Notes under the pieces: model-generated
Told to the model about the DNA's origin: nothing
Database searches by the model: none
What the model saw: only the letters and a program-made list of their open reading frames with translations
Made by a program: the position numbers and the translations under genes
Part shown: piece after piece, positions 40,412 through 49,780 of the stretch
Layout of the letters: each line of letters begins with the position of its first letter
How positions within the stretch are numbered: the first letter of the stretch is position 1
Source of the DNA: an uncultured Candidatus Saccharibacteria bacterium
Lineage (GTDB): Bacteria; Patescibacteriota; Minisyncoccia; Phycocordibacterales; UBA2100
NCBI GenBank assembly: GCA_964399865.1
Contig: CAYNRJ010000001.1
Coordinates: 394,050-458,049 of the forward strand
Reading direction: 5' to 3'
Length of the DNA stretch: 64,000 nucleotides

Positions 40412-41785
40412 ATGAAGTCTGTGGGGGCTTTCATAAAACTTCATGCGCGTGAGATCGCACTTATTGTTTTTCTTTGTGTAAGCTCGTCTCTGATTCACCT
40501 CCTCGCCTTCCTTCTTCATGGCCCTCACCCTCTCGGATATGACAGCGGATTTTATCGTCGCTATATACTTCAGCCATTCCACTCATTCCCCAATCCTTCA
40601 GTACCAGGCCTAGGAGATGATGCGCTCGTGCCGCGACTTTTCTTAGATATCGTAGGACTACTTCCTATTTCAACCGATCAAATACTCTACGGCACGTATA
40701 TTTTTTTCTGGGCTCTTCTGCCGGTTGCTATTTATTTTCTGCTGCGACCACATCTCGGTATGCGCGGCTCCTTCGTCGCTGGCCTCCTCATACTGCTTTC
40801 CGCCATTCAGTACAAGGCGTACTGGTTCATGCTTTGGAAGCATTCATTCGCAGCACTCCTTTTTATTCTTGCCCTTATCGCCATTCAAAGGAGGTGGACC
40901 ATTCCCCTTCTCGTATTGGATATTGCAATCGCCTTAAGCCACAAGACTACTGCAATCCTATATCTCGTTACGCTTGGGATTTTATTTCTTATACATACGA
41001 AGGAGAGAAGGTGGATCTTCATACATACAATACTAACCGCTACTCTATTCGCAGTGGTAAATTTTGATATTTTGCACACGGTCTCTCTCGCTGCACCGGT
41101 TGCAATCTTTATGAGCTGGCGCGAGTATCTGTTTTTCTCTGTACCGTTACTCCTGATTCTCCTCGTCGGCAGAACGTGGAGTCTGAGAAACATTCCGATA
41201 TCGCTTCTCGCGTTCGCGGTAGCGAGTTTTCTTTTTCCGATCCTACAACTTCCCTTCCACGAGCGAATATTCATCTACGGTGACATCGCGCTCGTCGCGC
41301 TCGCGGCATTTGCTATCGAGCGCATACTCTCTGAAATAGACTTTTCTAATCCAAAAAAGAAAACCTACCTTTTAGGTGCGACACTTTGTGTAGCGTTTGG
41401 TTTCTATGCAGGTTTTCTTTGGAATGAAATACGTGCTCTTCAACCACTAGTGTCACCGGAGAGTATTGAAGTGATCGAAAAAATTGGGAGCTCGGTGCCA
41501 AGAGATGCGACTATCCTTACGACCTCAGACGAAGCTCCATGGTTCCAAGGGTGGACCTCTTCACACGTAGCTGCGCCGGGTATGTTGTACGATTCGCACA
41601 ATTTTGAAGAATGGATGGCATTGTGGACTTCCACCTCCACCTCAGAGCAAATCGCTTTCTTACATTCCCTTCCACAACCGCTCTACATATCAACTCTAGG
41701 TACCGTGGAGGATCTGATCGGCACACTGCCATCCTGCATTACGGAAATTGCTCCACACCTTTACGAGTTCAGGTGCGCTGAATGA
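40412..41785 (+). CDS. multi-pass membrane protein, GT-C glycosyltransferase-like
   Basis: More than 10 TM helices; GYDSGFY loop after TM1; soluble C-terminal domain. Confidence 0.6.
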   Translation: MKSVGAFIKLHAREIALIVFLCVSSSLIHLLAFLLHGPHPLGYDSGFYRRYILQPFHSFPNPSVPGLGDDALVPRLFLDIVGLLPISTDQILYGTYIFFWALLPVAIYFLLRPHLGMRGSFVAGLLILLSAIQYKAYWFMLWKHSFAALLFILALIAIQRRWTIPLLVLDIAIALSHKTTAILYLVTLGILFLIHTKERRWIFIHTILTATLFAVVNFDILHTVSLAAPVAIFMSWREYLFFSVPLLLILLVGRTWSLRNIPISLLAFAVASFLFPILQLPFHERIFIYGDIALVALAAFAIERILSEIDFSNPKKKTYLLGATLCVAFGFYAGFLWNEIRALQPLVSPESIEVIEKIGSSVPRDATILTTSDEAPWFQGWTSSHVAAPGMLYDSHNFEEWMALWTSTSTSEQIAFLHSLPQPLYISTLGTVEDLIGTLPSCITEIAPHLYEFRCAE

Positions 41786-41805
41786 AATAGTTGTATAGTA
41801 GCGAC

Positions 41806-42249
41806 ATGTCTCTCATTGAGAACAAGCGCATAGGTCTTGAGTACTCAATCCTCGAGGAAATCGAGGCGGGTTTGGAATTACTGGGACTTGAAGTGAAGTC
41901 CCTCCGAGCGGGACTTGGCTCAATAAAAGGAGCGCGCGTAGTCGCCCGTGGCGGAGAAGTCTATCTCGTAGGAGCTACCATCCCAGCATGGCAGATTGCC
42001 AACGCTCCCAAATCGTATGATCCCGAGAGAACTCGAAGACTTCTCCTTTCTCACAAGGAAATCCTGCAAGTTGCTGCCGCAGAGGCCCAAAAAGGGTTGA
42101 CAATTGTGCCAATTAAGGTGTATAATAAAGGGAGAAATCTCAAACTCTCTATCGGTGTTGCCCGCGGTAAGAAAAAGGAAGATAAACGTCAAACTATACG
42201 GGCACGCGAAGAGAAACGTCGGATCGATAGAACTTTGAAATCACGATAA
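41806..42249 (+). CDS. smpB: SsrA-binding protein
   Basis: EAGLELLGLEVKSLR, RRLLL, GKKKEDKR. Confidence 0.96.
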   Translation: MSLIENKRIGLEYSILEEIEAGLELLGLEVKSLRAGLGSIKGARVVARGGEVYLVGATIPAWQIANAPKSYDPERTRRLLLSHKEILQVAAAEAQKGLTIVPIKVYNKGRNLKLSIGVARGKKKEDKRQTIRAREEKRRIDRTLKSR

Positions 42250-42296
42250 TTGGAGAATGTCAGCCGTTCGCGAAGGGAGAATGAAGTGCTCTCTTC

Positions 42297-42686
42297 GGGG
42301 GTGACTGGCTTCGACAAGGAAATCGACATATGTGTGTGCGGGCAAAGCTGCAGTAGCTTTCTAAACCGCTGCAACAATTCAAGTGCAAACAAAACTGCAC
42401 GGGGGGTTCTCTCACCTATTCAGATGGGAAACCTCAGCTTCGCTTAAGCTTTAACGCTTAATCGGCCGTCCGTGAACATGGCTACCTGAGGCCGGTTCAT
42501 TTGGGCGTCACTTCACTCAGGCACTGAGGCGCACGTCCGCGCGTCTCTAAGATAAGGACTCGGCTTTGCGAGTTTCTGATCAATCTTATACTCGCATCGC
42601 TTAAACCTTCAGAATGATCTACGCCTCGTAGAATCACACATACTGTTTTTCTTTGGACGGGAGTTCGATTCTCCCCACCTCCACCA
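42297..42686 (+). ncRNA. ssrA: tmRNA; predicted tag ANKTARGVLSPIQMGNLSFA (42385-42447)
   Basis: 5' GGGGGTGA..GGCTTCGAC, 3' GGGAGTTCGATTCTCCCCACCTCCACCA; next to smpB. Confidence 0.95.
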
Positions 42687-42691
42687 GAAAT

Positions 42692-42723
42692 AGAAAAACC
42701 GCCGAGAAATCGGCGGTTTTTCT
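42692..42723. terminator. bidirectional terminator
   Basis: AGAAAAACCGCCG/CGGCGGTTTTTCT. Confidence 0.85.
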
Positions 42724-42742
42724 GTTGCTCACCAACTTCCCG

Positions 42743-43402
42743 TTAGTTAGTTGTTTTGAAGCTCGATGGCCACGTTACTTGGACGTTACCCGATGCATCT
42801 CTTGCGTAGAGCACGTAGTAATACGTGGTATTCGGTTGGAGTCCCGAGATACTTACATTTTGTGTAACACGGAGCATAGTGTCAGTCATAGCAGAAGTGC
42901 CACCGATCGTTACGTCAGTCGGAGAATCCGAGAGCGATGGCCACGTCGTGCCGTAGTAGACGATACCTGCCGCCTGTTCGTTTGTGTTCCACTGGATGGA
43001 AGCAGAGTTTCTGCCCACGGCAGGAGTGATTGCCCAGATAGTTGGTGCAGTGACATCCCCTCCGACGCTGCCTCCCCCGCTCATCTGCGCGTTAATTGCG
43101 GCGAGGGTAACCGGTCCTACACGACCAACAGTTGCGATTCCATTCTTTGCTTGGAAGTTTGAAACTGCAGCTTTAGTAAGTGTACCGAAGTATCCCGTCA
43201 CAAGACCTTGTGGATAGATTGTTGGATCCTGCGCCAAGAACGTCTGGAGCGATGAAACATCAGCACCGCTATCTCCTATCTCCAATTGACGGGTCAAAGC
43301 AGCGTGAGCAATGCCTACAGTCGCAAAGACCGAGAGTATCAGGAAGAGTGCGAGGCCTCCAATTTGTACGAGAGTTCTGAGATTTGTCTTTGTTATTGTC
43401 AT
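42743..43402 (-). CDS. secreted peptidoglycan-binding protein with an FN3-like domain
   Basis: GDSGADVSSLQTFL..GYFGTLT; GLQPNTTYYY. Confidence 0.8.
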   Translation of the reverse strand: MTITKTNLRTLVQIGGLALFLILSVFATVGIAHAALTRQLEIGDSGADVSSLQTFLAQDPTIYPQGLVTGYFGTLTKAAVSNFQAKNGIATVGRVGPVTLAAINAQMSGGGSVGGDVTAPTIWAITPAVGRNSASIQWNTNEQAAGIVYYGTTWPSLSDSPTDVTIGGTSAMTDTMLRVTQNVSISGLQPNTTYYYVLYARDASGNVQVTWPSSFKTTN

Positions 43403-43710
43403 ATTTTTTCTGATTGAGGCGAGTAATAAGTGGTAGCCGTACGCGTAAGTCTTCGGCCAACGAAGCATCTGTGCATACTTAGCTGGAAGATGAGACTTAT
43501 GTAGGTATTGTGGTGTTCCTCGGATCGATGATCCTTAGGACATCGTGTGAAGGGCGCTAATATAACCTGGAACTTTTCCACTGGGAATGTCTGAGACAAT
43601 CACAGCCGACTGTCGGAGCAGTCACAAGTCATTAAAGTACAGCGCTCTGATGCGATACCTGCAACCAGGTTACACGGTATCAATAGCTCATGAAGAGTGA
43701 GTGAAGTTGT

Positions 43711-44379
43711 TTATCTTTTCCTTTCGAAACTCACTTCCTGTGGGCCAGCTGCGTATGGTCCCACTTGGTACTGTTGGAATATAAATGTCACTGTATCTTT
43801 TGAAATACTAAACGAACTGAAGTTTTCAGGATTCGTTGTCGCTCCTTCCGGGAAGAACGCCTCCCCCAGTTTTGCCTGGAGCTCCGTCGTAACTTTCACT
43901 GAAACTTCTTCGACTGTGAGGTCAATCATTCGTAGTGCATCCTCTAACGCGAGCCTCCTCCCTGTTACTCGATCGAAGTTAACTCCGCTTATAAGAGAAA
44001 GTGGGTGCGCACCGCCCGTATATTGAGAGAGAACGAGTTGGACGCTAATCACATCGGGTCCTACATACGCATTACTGAACGAGCCGTCAAAAGAATTCTT
44101 TGGGGTCGCAGATTCTGGAGGGTTGGCGGGCATAGATTTTAATTCTGCGATCGCGTCTTCCACATCTGCTTTTATTTGCGCATCGATAAGCGGCATTCCA
44201 AATTGAGGATACTTTGCTTTTATGGAATACGTATCGGTCGACTCGTTTATCTCAGCCACTTGAATCTCCGCATCGCTGTGCTCAGTCTTCTCGTCCATCA
44301 CCTTCGCTATCTGCGGCGAAAAACTGTAGCCGATGAATATGCCGATGATCAGTAGAACGATTGCACCAATTAATTTCAT
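43711..44379 (-). CDS. DUF3298/RsiV-like exported protein
   Basis: YTGGAHP and F.QYQVGPYAAG motifs. Confidence 0.8.
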   Translation of the reverse strand: MKLIGAIVLLIIGIFIGYSFSPQIAKVMDEKTEHSDAEIQVAEINESTDTYSIKAKYPQFGMPLIDAQIKADVEDAIAELKSMPANPPESATPKNSFDGSFSNAYVGPDVISVQLVLSQYTGGAHPLSLISGVNFDRVTGRRLALEDALRMIDLTVEEVSVKVTTELQAKLGEAFFPEGATTNPENFSSFSISKDTVTFIFQQYQVGPYAAGPQEVSFERKR

Positions 44380-44407
44380 ATATCGAGGAGTTGTTCTGAT
44401 ACTCTAT

Positions 44408-44833
44408 TTATAATTCTAGTCGATACACATTCGTCTCCCGTATCTGAAACCCGAGTTTCTGATAGAGCTTATTTGCAGCGACTCGATCAGGTCGACTTGT
44501 CAGCTGGATCGAGCGAGCACAATTTTCTTTCGCACGTTCTACCCCCTTCTCACACAACATCTTGCCGATGCCTTTTCCTCGCGCAGCCTCGTCAACAACG
44601 ACATCTTCCAGAAGTGCTGTGATGCCACCGGGCTTCACGATAAGAATGAGGGTCGTCATTCCGACTATCTTCCCTTCATCCATCGCAACCCACAGTTCCG
44701 TGGTTTCGTTTTGGACAACCCTCTCTAAATGAGCGAGCGTGCAGGTCCGGCCATTTGAAAGCTGATTTAGCAGCGTGTTTATTTCGGCGCATGCTGCTTC
44801 GTTTGCAGCTTTCAACTGTACGATCTCCGTCAT
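44408..44833 (-). CDS. GNAT acetyltransferase
   Basis: VVVDEAARGKGIG, ANKLYQKLGF. Confidence 0.9.
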   Translation of the reverse strand: MTEIVQLKAANEAACAEINTLLNQLSNGRTCTLAHLERVVQNETTELWVAMDEGKIVGMTTLILIVKPGGITALLEDVVVDEAARGKGIGKMLCEKGVERAKENCARSIQLTSRPDRVAANKLYQKLGFQIRETNVYRLEL

Positions 44834-44930
44834 AAGCGCATAGTAGCGCCAAATAGTTGCTCGTACAATGAAGCCTTCTATACCCAGCCTTGCACTTTTC
44901 CCTCCTCAGATGCTCTATACTTCTTACTAC

Positions 44931-46229
44931 ATGCGTCGCGCTATATCTGCAGGTGTGAAAAGTATAGGTTTGCTTACTTTTATCGCATTCGTTCTCTTCC
45001 CATTGGGACAATCGACAATCGCCGCAGCTGATGCGTGTCCCGAGGGTACGCGCCCTGCGAAAAGCGCGGATCTCCCTCTCATGCGTGCAGCGGGTATATC
45101 GGGTGCTGTGGTTGGCATGTGCTGGGACCCTACCGATGCGGATCTAGGAACAACACCCTCTGAGGCAAAAACATATCTGTTGAGTTTGCCACGACAAGCG
45201 GTTAACGGATCAAGATGTGCACCTCCCGAGAATGATGAAAACATCCAGCGCCTTAACTCGACGTTCGCTATCTGTGCGGCGCGTTTTTTCCGATCATACA
45301 CAGCTGCCTACGGAAATGTCCTCATCACGTCAGCCTTTAGAGACGGCACGCCGGGGAGTTCACCAAATGGTGGCGGTGAGAGCGCCAATCAATGCGCGGG
45401 AGGTGCCGAGCAATCAAATCACACAATAGGCATTGCTATGGATGTGCACCCAGCAAACGGAGATTACGAAACAATGTGGGAATTTGCATCGAACAACCCT
45501 CAGTTTGGAGTTTGTTTTCCGTTTCAAGACGGCAGAATAAATGGGTATAGCGACCGCCCCCACATGGTGCTTGCGGGGACCGGAGGTAATGAAGCCTCGC
45601 TATGTGCGATGCAAGGTGTCGTATATTCTTGCGAGGGACAGTCATATACTCCAAGCACAATTACATACTCTCCCAACGTGGACAGACCTGTTATCGAGAT
45701 TGCCCAGACTGTTGGACAGTACCTGTATCCAGACCTAACAGAGGAGTATCAGGATTCACCATATCCTCTTTTATCTGCACTCATCGAAACGATCTTCTCT
45801 CTCCCCATGACCCAAAACCCATCTGGGAATAACGACGAGAATAATCCTTTTCCTTTCCTCACTGGGGATCGTCCGGGCATTTTCTCCGATAACAATGACT
45901 CACCCACCTCAGGAGGTATATCTATTTACTCTGGCTGGCAAAACAATCCGGGAGGAGGGTCAACATCGTCCCCATTCATCCTGATCGTGAATGGAAATGA
46001 CGTTACGGGAATCCAGAACGGCACATCCTCCAATCCAACAATCGTCTGGCAAGGAAATACGTATCAGTTAACACCTGTGGCGCAGGAGACTTTCGGAGAT
46101 GGAACATTCGGATCTAATAATTCTCCGCGCGGTAACGACGGAGGGTCCACCTTTTCAGAAAGAATAGGAGCCGGTATCGCCTCCTTCTTCCGCGGCCTAC
46201 TCGAATACCTGACGTCTTTCGGAAACTAA
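44931..46229 (+). CDS. secreted protein with an M15-type (Hedgehog/DD-peptidase) Zn peptidase domain
   Basis: ITSAFR...SNHTIGIAMD...DRPH; low-complexity N/G/S tail. Confidence 0.7.
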   Translation: MRRAISAGVKSIGLLTFIAFVLFPLGQSTIAAADACPEGTRPAKSADLPLMRAAGISGAVVGMCWDPTDADLGTTPSEAKTYLLSLPRQAVNGSRCAPPENDENIQRLNSTFAICAARFFRSYTAAYGNVLITSAFRDGTPGSSPNGGGESANQCAGGAEQSNHTIGIAMDVHPANGDYETMWEFASNNPQFGVCFPFQDGRINGYSDRPHMVLAGTGGNEASLCAMQGVVYSCEGQSYTPSTITYSPNVDRPVIEIAQTVGQYLYPDLTEEYQDSPYPLLSALIETIFSLPMTQNPSGNNDENNPFPFLTGDRPGIFSDNNDSPTSGGISIYSGWQNNPGGGSTSSPFILIVNGNDVTGIQNGTSSNPTIVWQGNTYQLTPVAQETFGDGTFGSNNSPRGNDGGSTFSERIGAGIASFFRGLLEYLTSFGN

Positions 46230-46288
46230 AGGGTAGTGGTATAGTTCCGACACAATAAATCGCACGGAAGACGGGCGATGAAACACAA

Positions 46289-46924
46289 ATGGGATTCACA
46301 AAATACACTTCGCAGGTTGAAAAGGAGCGCGCTCGAATGAACGAGGGCATCCGCGCTCGTGAAGTACGTGTACTAGGAGCTGAAGGTCAGAACTTCGGCG
46401 TCATGAAGATCGAAGATGCAATCCTCAAAGCTCGCGAAAGTGGCCTCGACCTCATTGAGATCTCCCCTAACGCCGTTCCTCCTGTCTGCAAAATTACAGA
46501 CTACGGCAAGTTTAAGTACGAATTGAAAAAGAAAGAGAAGGAAGTGAAAGCGAACGCACACGTCACAGAAACAAAGGTGACACAGGTAAAGATCGGAACA
46601 TCGGAGCGCGACATGCAGATCAAGGCATCGAAGGCAGCCACCTGGCTACGCGATGGCCACCGCGTGAAAGTAGACCTCTTTTTGTGGGGTCGTTATAAGT
46701 ACATGGAATTTAACTTCCTCAAGGAACGTTTGGAGCGCTTCCTCGCGTTCATTCCGGAAGGATACAAAGTAGCCGAGGATATCCAAAAGAGCCCGAAGGG
46801 TCTCTCTATAGTTCTTGAGCGCGACGCATCCAAAAAACCACCAAAACCTAAGGCTGCGCCCAAAGCAGAGCCAGCACCGCTCGAAGCAGAGGAGTCTGAA
46901 ACAGAAGAGAAAGAAACACTTTAA
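46289..46924 (+). CDS. infC: translation initiation factor IF-3
   Basis: NEGIRAREVRV, DLIEISPNAVPPVCKITDYGKFKYE. Confidence 0.95.
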   Translation: MGFTKYTSQVEKERARMNEGIRAREVRVLGAEGQNFGVMKIEDAILKARESGLDLIEISPNAVPPVCKITDYGKFKYELKKKEKEVKANAHVTETKVTQVKIGTSERDMQIKASKAATWLRDGHRVKVDLFLWGRYKYMEFNFLKERLERFLAFIPEGYKVAEDIQKSPKGLSIVLERDASKKPPKPKAAPKAEPAPLEAEESETEEKETL

Positions 46925-46926
46925 GA

Positions 46927-47015
46927 CGTGTGTCTTTGGGGGTGTCTCGCAGCGCGTCGGCGCGAGAGGCAGCGCTCCGCCAGCAGGCGGAGACAGCGAC
47001 CCTCAAGGGCACACG
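46927..47015 (+). repeat. CAGCAG-loop structured repeat (divergent member)
   Basis: Outer stem CGTGTGTCTTTG/CAAGGGCACACG; CTCCGC-CAGCAG-GCGGAG; AGCGCGTCGGCGCGAG resembles 49041-49056. Confidence 0.7.
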
Positions 47016-47080
47016 GCGTAAAGGGTTGCTGCCAGGAAAGCTTGCTTTTTGGCTTAATTCTGGCAGAATGGCGCGACTGT

Positions 47081-47266
47081 ATGAAAACAAATAAGTCATA
47101 TTCTAAGCGCCTTCGAGTGACTCGAAAGGGCAAGATCATAGCGCGTGCCCCAGGCCAAAACCACTTCAATGCCAAGGAATCAGGCAAGGGTCGCATGCAC
47201 CGCCGCCGCTCAGTCGCCTTCCACGGGATACTAACAGCGAGCGATAAGAGCCGTTTCCTCTCATAA
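47081..47266 (+). CDS. rpmI: 50S ribosomal protein L35
   Basis: MKTNKSYSKRLRVT; infC-rpmI-rplT order. Confidence 0.9.
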   Translation: MKTNKSYSKRLRVTRKGKIIARAPGQNHFNAKESGKGRMHRRRSVAFHGILTASDKSRFLS

Positions 47267-47273
47267 ATAATAT

Positions 47274-47621
47274 ATGTCACGAGTAAAGCGAGGAGTAATG
47301 AAGAATAAGCACCGCAAGAACATCTTGGCGCAAACCAAGGGGTATCGTTTCGGTAGGAAGAGCAAAGAGCGCGTTGCGAAGGAAGCAATCCATCATGCAG
47401 GAGCTCACGCGTTCCGCCATCGCCGCGCTAAGAAACGCGAGTACCGCAACCTCTGGACACTTCGCCTAAACGCCGCGGTCCGCCCTCTTGGTTTCTCATA
47501 CTCAAGATTCATCGGAACTCTAAAGAAGAACAACATCCTTCTCGATCGTAAGACCCTCTCGGCCCTCGCAAAGGACTACCCAGAGATCTTCACTCGCCTC
47601 TCAGAGCAATTGAAGAAATAA
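47274..47621 (+). CDS. rplT: 50S ribosomal protein L20
   Basis: MSRVKRG, R.LW..R.NAA, LDRK.L. Confidence 0.96.
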   Translation: MSRVKRGVMKNKHRKNILAQTKGYRFGRKSKERVAKEAIHHAGAHAFRHRRAKKREYRNLWTLRLNAAVRPLGFSYSRFIGTLKKNNILLDRKTLSALAKDYPEIFTRLSEQLKK

Positions 47622-47652
47622 GCGTCTCCGCAGTTTTTGAGGCAAAAAGGGG

Positions 47653-48342
47653 CTAGAGAATATACTCGGCCCCTTTTGCGTTAGCATCCCACTTCTCGGG
47701 ATTATTGAATACCAGGTTTGTCGCTTCCTTGTCTTTGACGACAAGTTCTATGAGGCGTTCAACAAGTGCCTTCGGATCGGAATCACGTATTACTTTATTA
47801 TTTGGACGGTGCGCAGATTCCATGACTCTTTGAAGTATCTCGTCTGTCTCCCAACTCCCCTCCAGGATCCCTATAGGGCGCTTATCCTCAAAGGCGACTG
47901 AGAATTCATTTAGTGTGCCGATGCGACCACAGCCGATCACAACCGCATCAGACGAGCGCACCAAGAGTAGATCGCGCCCTGAATAGCCGAAACCTGTATA
48001 TACGATGACATCCATGTACTCAAGTGGGAGCTTATACACTTCGCGATGCTCACGCTCTGTAGCTGCTGGGGAGAATCCTATTGAAAAACCACATTCGTCC
48101 TTCGCGCCCATCGCCGCATAGAGTGGAAATCCGGTGGTTGCACCCGTAGTGATGATCGCCCCTTGTCGTGCAATCTCTCGTCCCACTTCTTTTGCCTTAT
48201 CAAATGCATCCAAACCGCAGTACCCTGTTTCTGCGGCTCCAGAAACGCAGATCTTTACTACTCCGTACCCACTTGGAAGACGACAAAAATTACGTGGCAC
48301 CGCCAAATGATTTGGGTGGATGATGCGATGCTTCAATGACAT
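47653..48342 (-). CDS. LOG/TIGR00725-like nucleotide-binding protein
   Basis: ITTGATTG, GRDLLLVRSSDAVV..GRIGTLNE. Confidence 0.8.
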   Translation of the reverse strand: MSLKHRIIHPNHLAVPRNFCRLPSGYGVVKICVSGAAETGYCGLDAFDKAKEVGREIARQGAIITTGATTGFPLYAAMGAKDECGFSIGFSPAATEREHREVYKLPLEYMDVIVYTGFGYSGRDLLLVRSSDAVVIGCGRIGTLNEFSVAFEDKRPIGILEGSWETDEILQRVMESAHRPNNKVIRDSDPKALVERLIELVVKDKEATNLVFNNPEKWDANAKGAEYIL

Positions 48343-48349
48343 TGGAAAA

Positions 48350-48742
48350 TTATAACACTGCTTTAGATGATTTTGAGTGCAAAACGATAGATCGGCCCAA
48401 AAAACCACCGAGTGCTCCACCGAAGGCGTCCATAAAAAGATCGATGCTCGTATCGAATGCCCAATTTGCTTCTCGAGGCATACCAATCACAACCTCAAAC
48501 ACTTCCCATACAAGACCTACCAGAATTGCGCCAGCGATACTCCACGCGATGCTCGGTGCAAAACCGAAGAACGTACGCAGAGATAAAAAGAAAAGCCCGA
48601 CGGATATGCCGCCGAGTGTGTGGGCTAGCGTGTCCAACCAGACAAAACGCCAGTATAAGTAATGTTCGATGCCGAGGAGATGGAGGGTAGCTAGCGCGCC
48701 AAGAATAAAGAATTGTGCGATAAGCAGAGCGCGATAAGGCAT
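48350..48742 (-). CDS. membrane protein (D...H..GG / WE..E / DT..D family)
   Basis: WLDTLAHTLGG, LVWEVFE, DTSIDL. Confidence 0.75.
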   Translation of the reverse strand: MPYRALLIAQFFILGALATLHLLGIEHYLYWRFVWLDTLAHTLGGISVGLFFLSLRTFFGFAPSIAWSIAGAILVGLVWEVFEVVIGMPREANWAFDTSIDLFMDAFGGALGGFLGRSIVLHSKSSKAVL

Positions 48743-48783
48743 ATTTCCTATTCTAACATTCAGCATCACGCTTTTTTAAGCCC

Positions 48784-48807
48784 AAAATCCCGCCAAAGTG
48801 GCGGGAT
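48784..48807 (-). terminator. intrinsic terminator of the ncRNA candidate
   Basis: ATCCCGCCA-CTT-TGGCGGGAT-TTT on the minus strand. Confidence 0.75.
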
Positions 48808-48809
48808 GC

Positions 48810-48936
48810 TAGGGGCGACAGGTACGTCAAAGCCTGGGTGTTGAGACCAGGTGGGTTTCCGCAGCATTCACACCAAGGTATGAAGCAATATGAGAATCCC
48901 GAGACTTAAACAAGCAGGTTTAAGTACCAGCCGCTA
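48810..48936 (-). ncRNA. about 125-nt structured RNA, 6S RNA-like candidate
   Basis: TATACT at 48948-48943, terminator downstream, rod fold with central bubble, no obvious ORF. Confidence 0.55.
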
Positions 48937-49001
48937 AAAAGAAGTATATCACTTTATTTAAAATTACTGTGAACAGACTCCCTCCAGCCCCCTTCCCCAA
49001 T

Positions 49002-49129
49002 GCAAAAGTCGCTTCGGTATGTGTTTGACGGAGACTAGCGAGCGCGGCGGCGCGAGCTCGAGGAATTTTTCAGCAGAAAAATATCCGTGCTCCGGAGAAT
49101 ACATACCGAAAAAGAGTTTTGCTTCTCCC
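49002..49129. repeat. CAGCAG-loop structured repeat
   Basis: 52 nt identical to 28559-28610; stem TTCGGTATGTGTTT/GAATACATACCGAA. Confidence 0.85.
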
Positions 49130-49744
49130 CTATTCTAATATGCCGTCGAGGTTTACGTCGTAGAGGATCTTCTCGTGAATGATGCTGTAGTCAGTAAGCT
49201 CATTCGCCTTAAACCAATGATTGATCTCCATTGTAGCTTCCTCGGGAGAACCAGATGCGTGGACGAGATTTCTCACAGCGCGAGTGTCTGTGTCCGCCAT
49301 AGTGTACGAGTCGAGCACGTAGTCCCCTCGGATGGTTCCGACATCGGATGTAAGTGGCTCGGTACCACCTGTAATTTTACGAATGATCTTCACAGAGTGA
49401 GCTCCTTCCCACACCATGGCAACTACTGGGCCCGATGCGAGGTATTTCTTAAGATTGGCAAGGATCTTTGCAGTGATCTCGAGAGGATCAGTCGAAGGCG
49501 GAGTGAGACCTTTCTTTACATAACTTTCGATAGTCTTTTCACCAGTGACGCGGCGCCAATTCGGATCAAGTGTGTAGTGCGCTTCTACGTGAGCCTCTTC
49601 TGGAACTACCATCTTCATAGCAACTAACTTCAAGCCGACATTCTCAAATCGCTTGATGATCTCCCCTACTAACCCGCGCTGTACTCCGTCTGGTTTAATA
49701 ATGACGAGAGTGCGCTCTTCCTTCGGATGTGCGTTTTTAGTCAT
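49130..49744 (-). CDS. ndk: nucleoside diphosphate kinase
   Basis: ERTLVIIKPDGVQR, GTIRGD, NLVHAS. Confidence 0.95.
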   Translation of the reverse strand: MTKNAHPKEERTLVIIKPDGVQRGLVGEIIKRFENVGLKLVAMKMVVPEEAHVEAHYTLDPNWRRVTGEKTIESYVKKGLTPPSTDPLEITAKILANLKKYLASGPVVAMVWEGAHSVKIIRKITGGTEPLTSDVGTIRGDYVLDSYTMADTDTRAVRNLVHASGSPEEATMEINHWFKANELTDYSIIHEKILYDVNLDGILE

Positions 49745-49780
49745 GGGCGACACTCTAACACGTTTCCGGTAGAGAGAAAA

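Noticed and set aside
42250-42447. 65-aa ORF after smpB
   Set aside because: It lies over tmRNA; only its 3' part is the tag reading frame.
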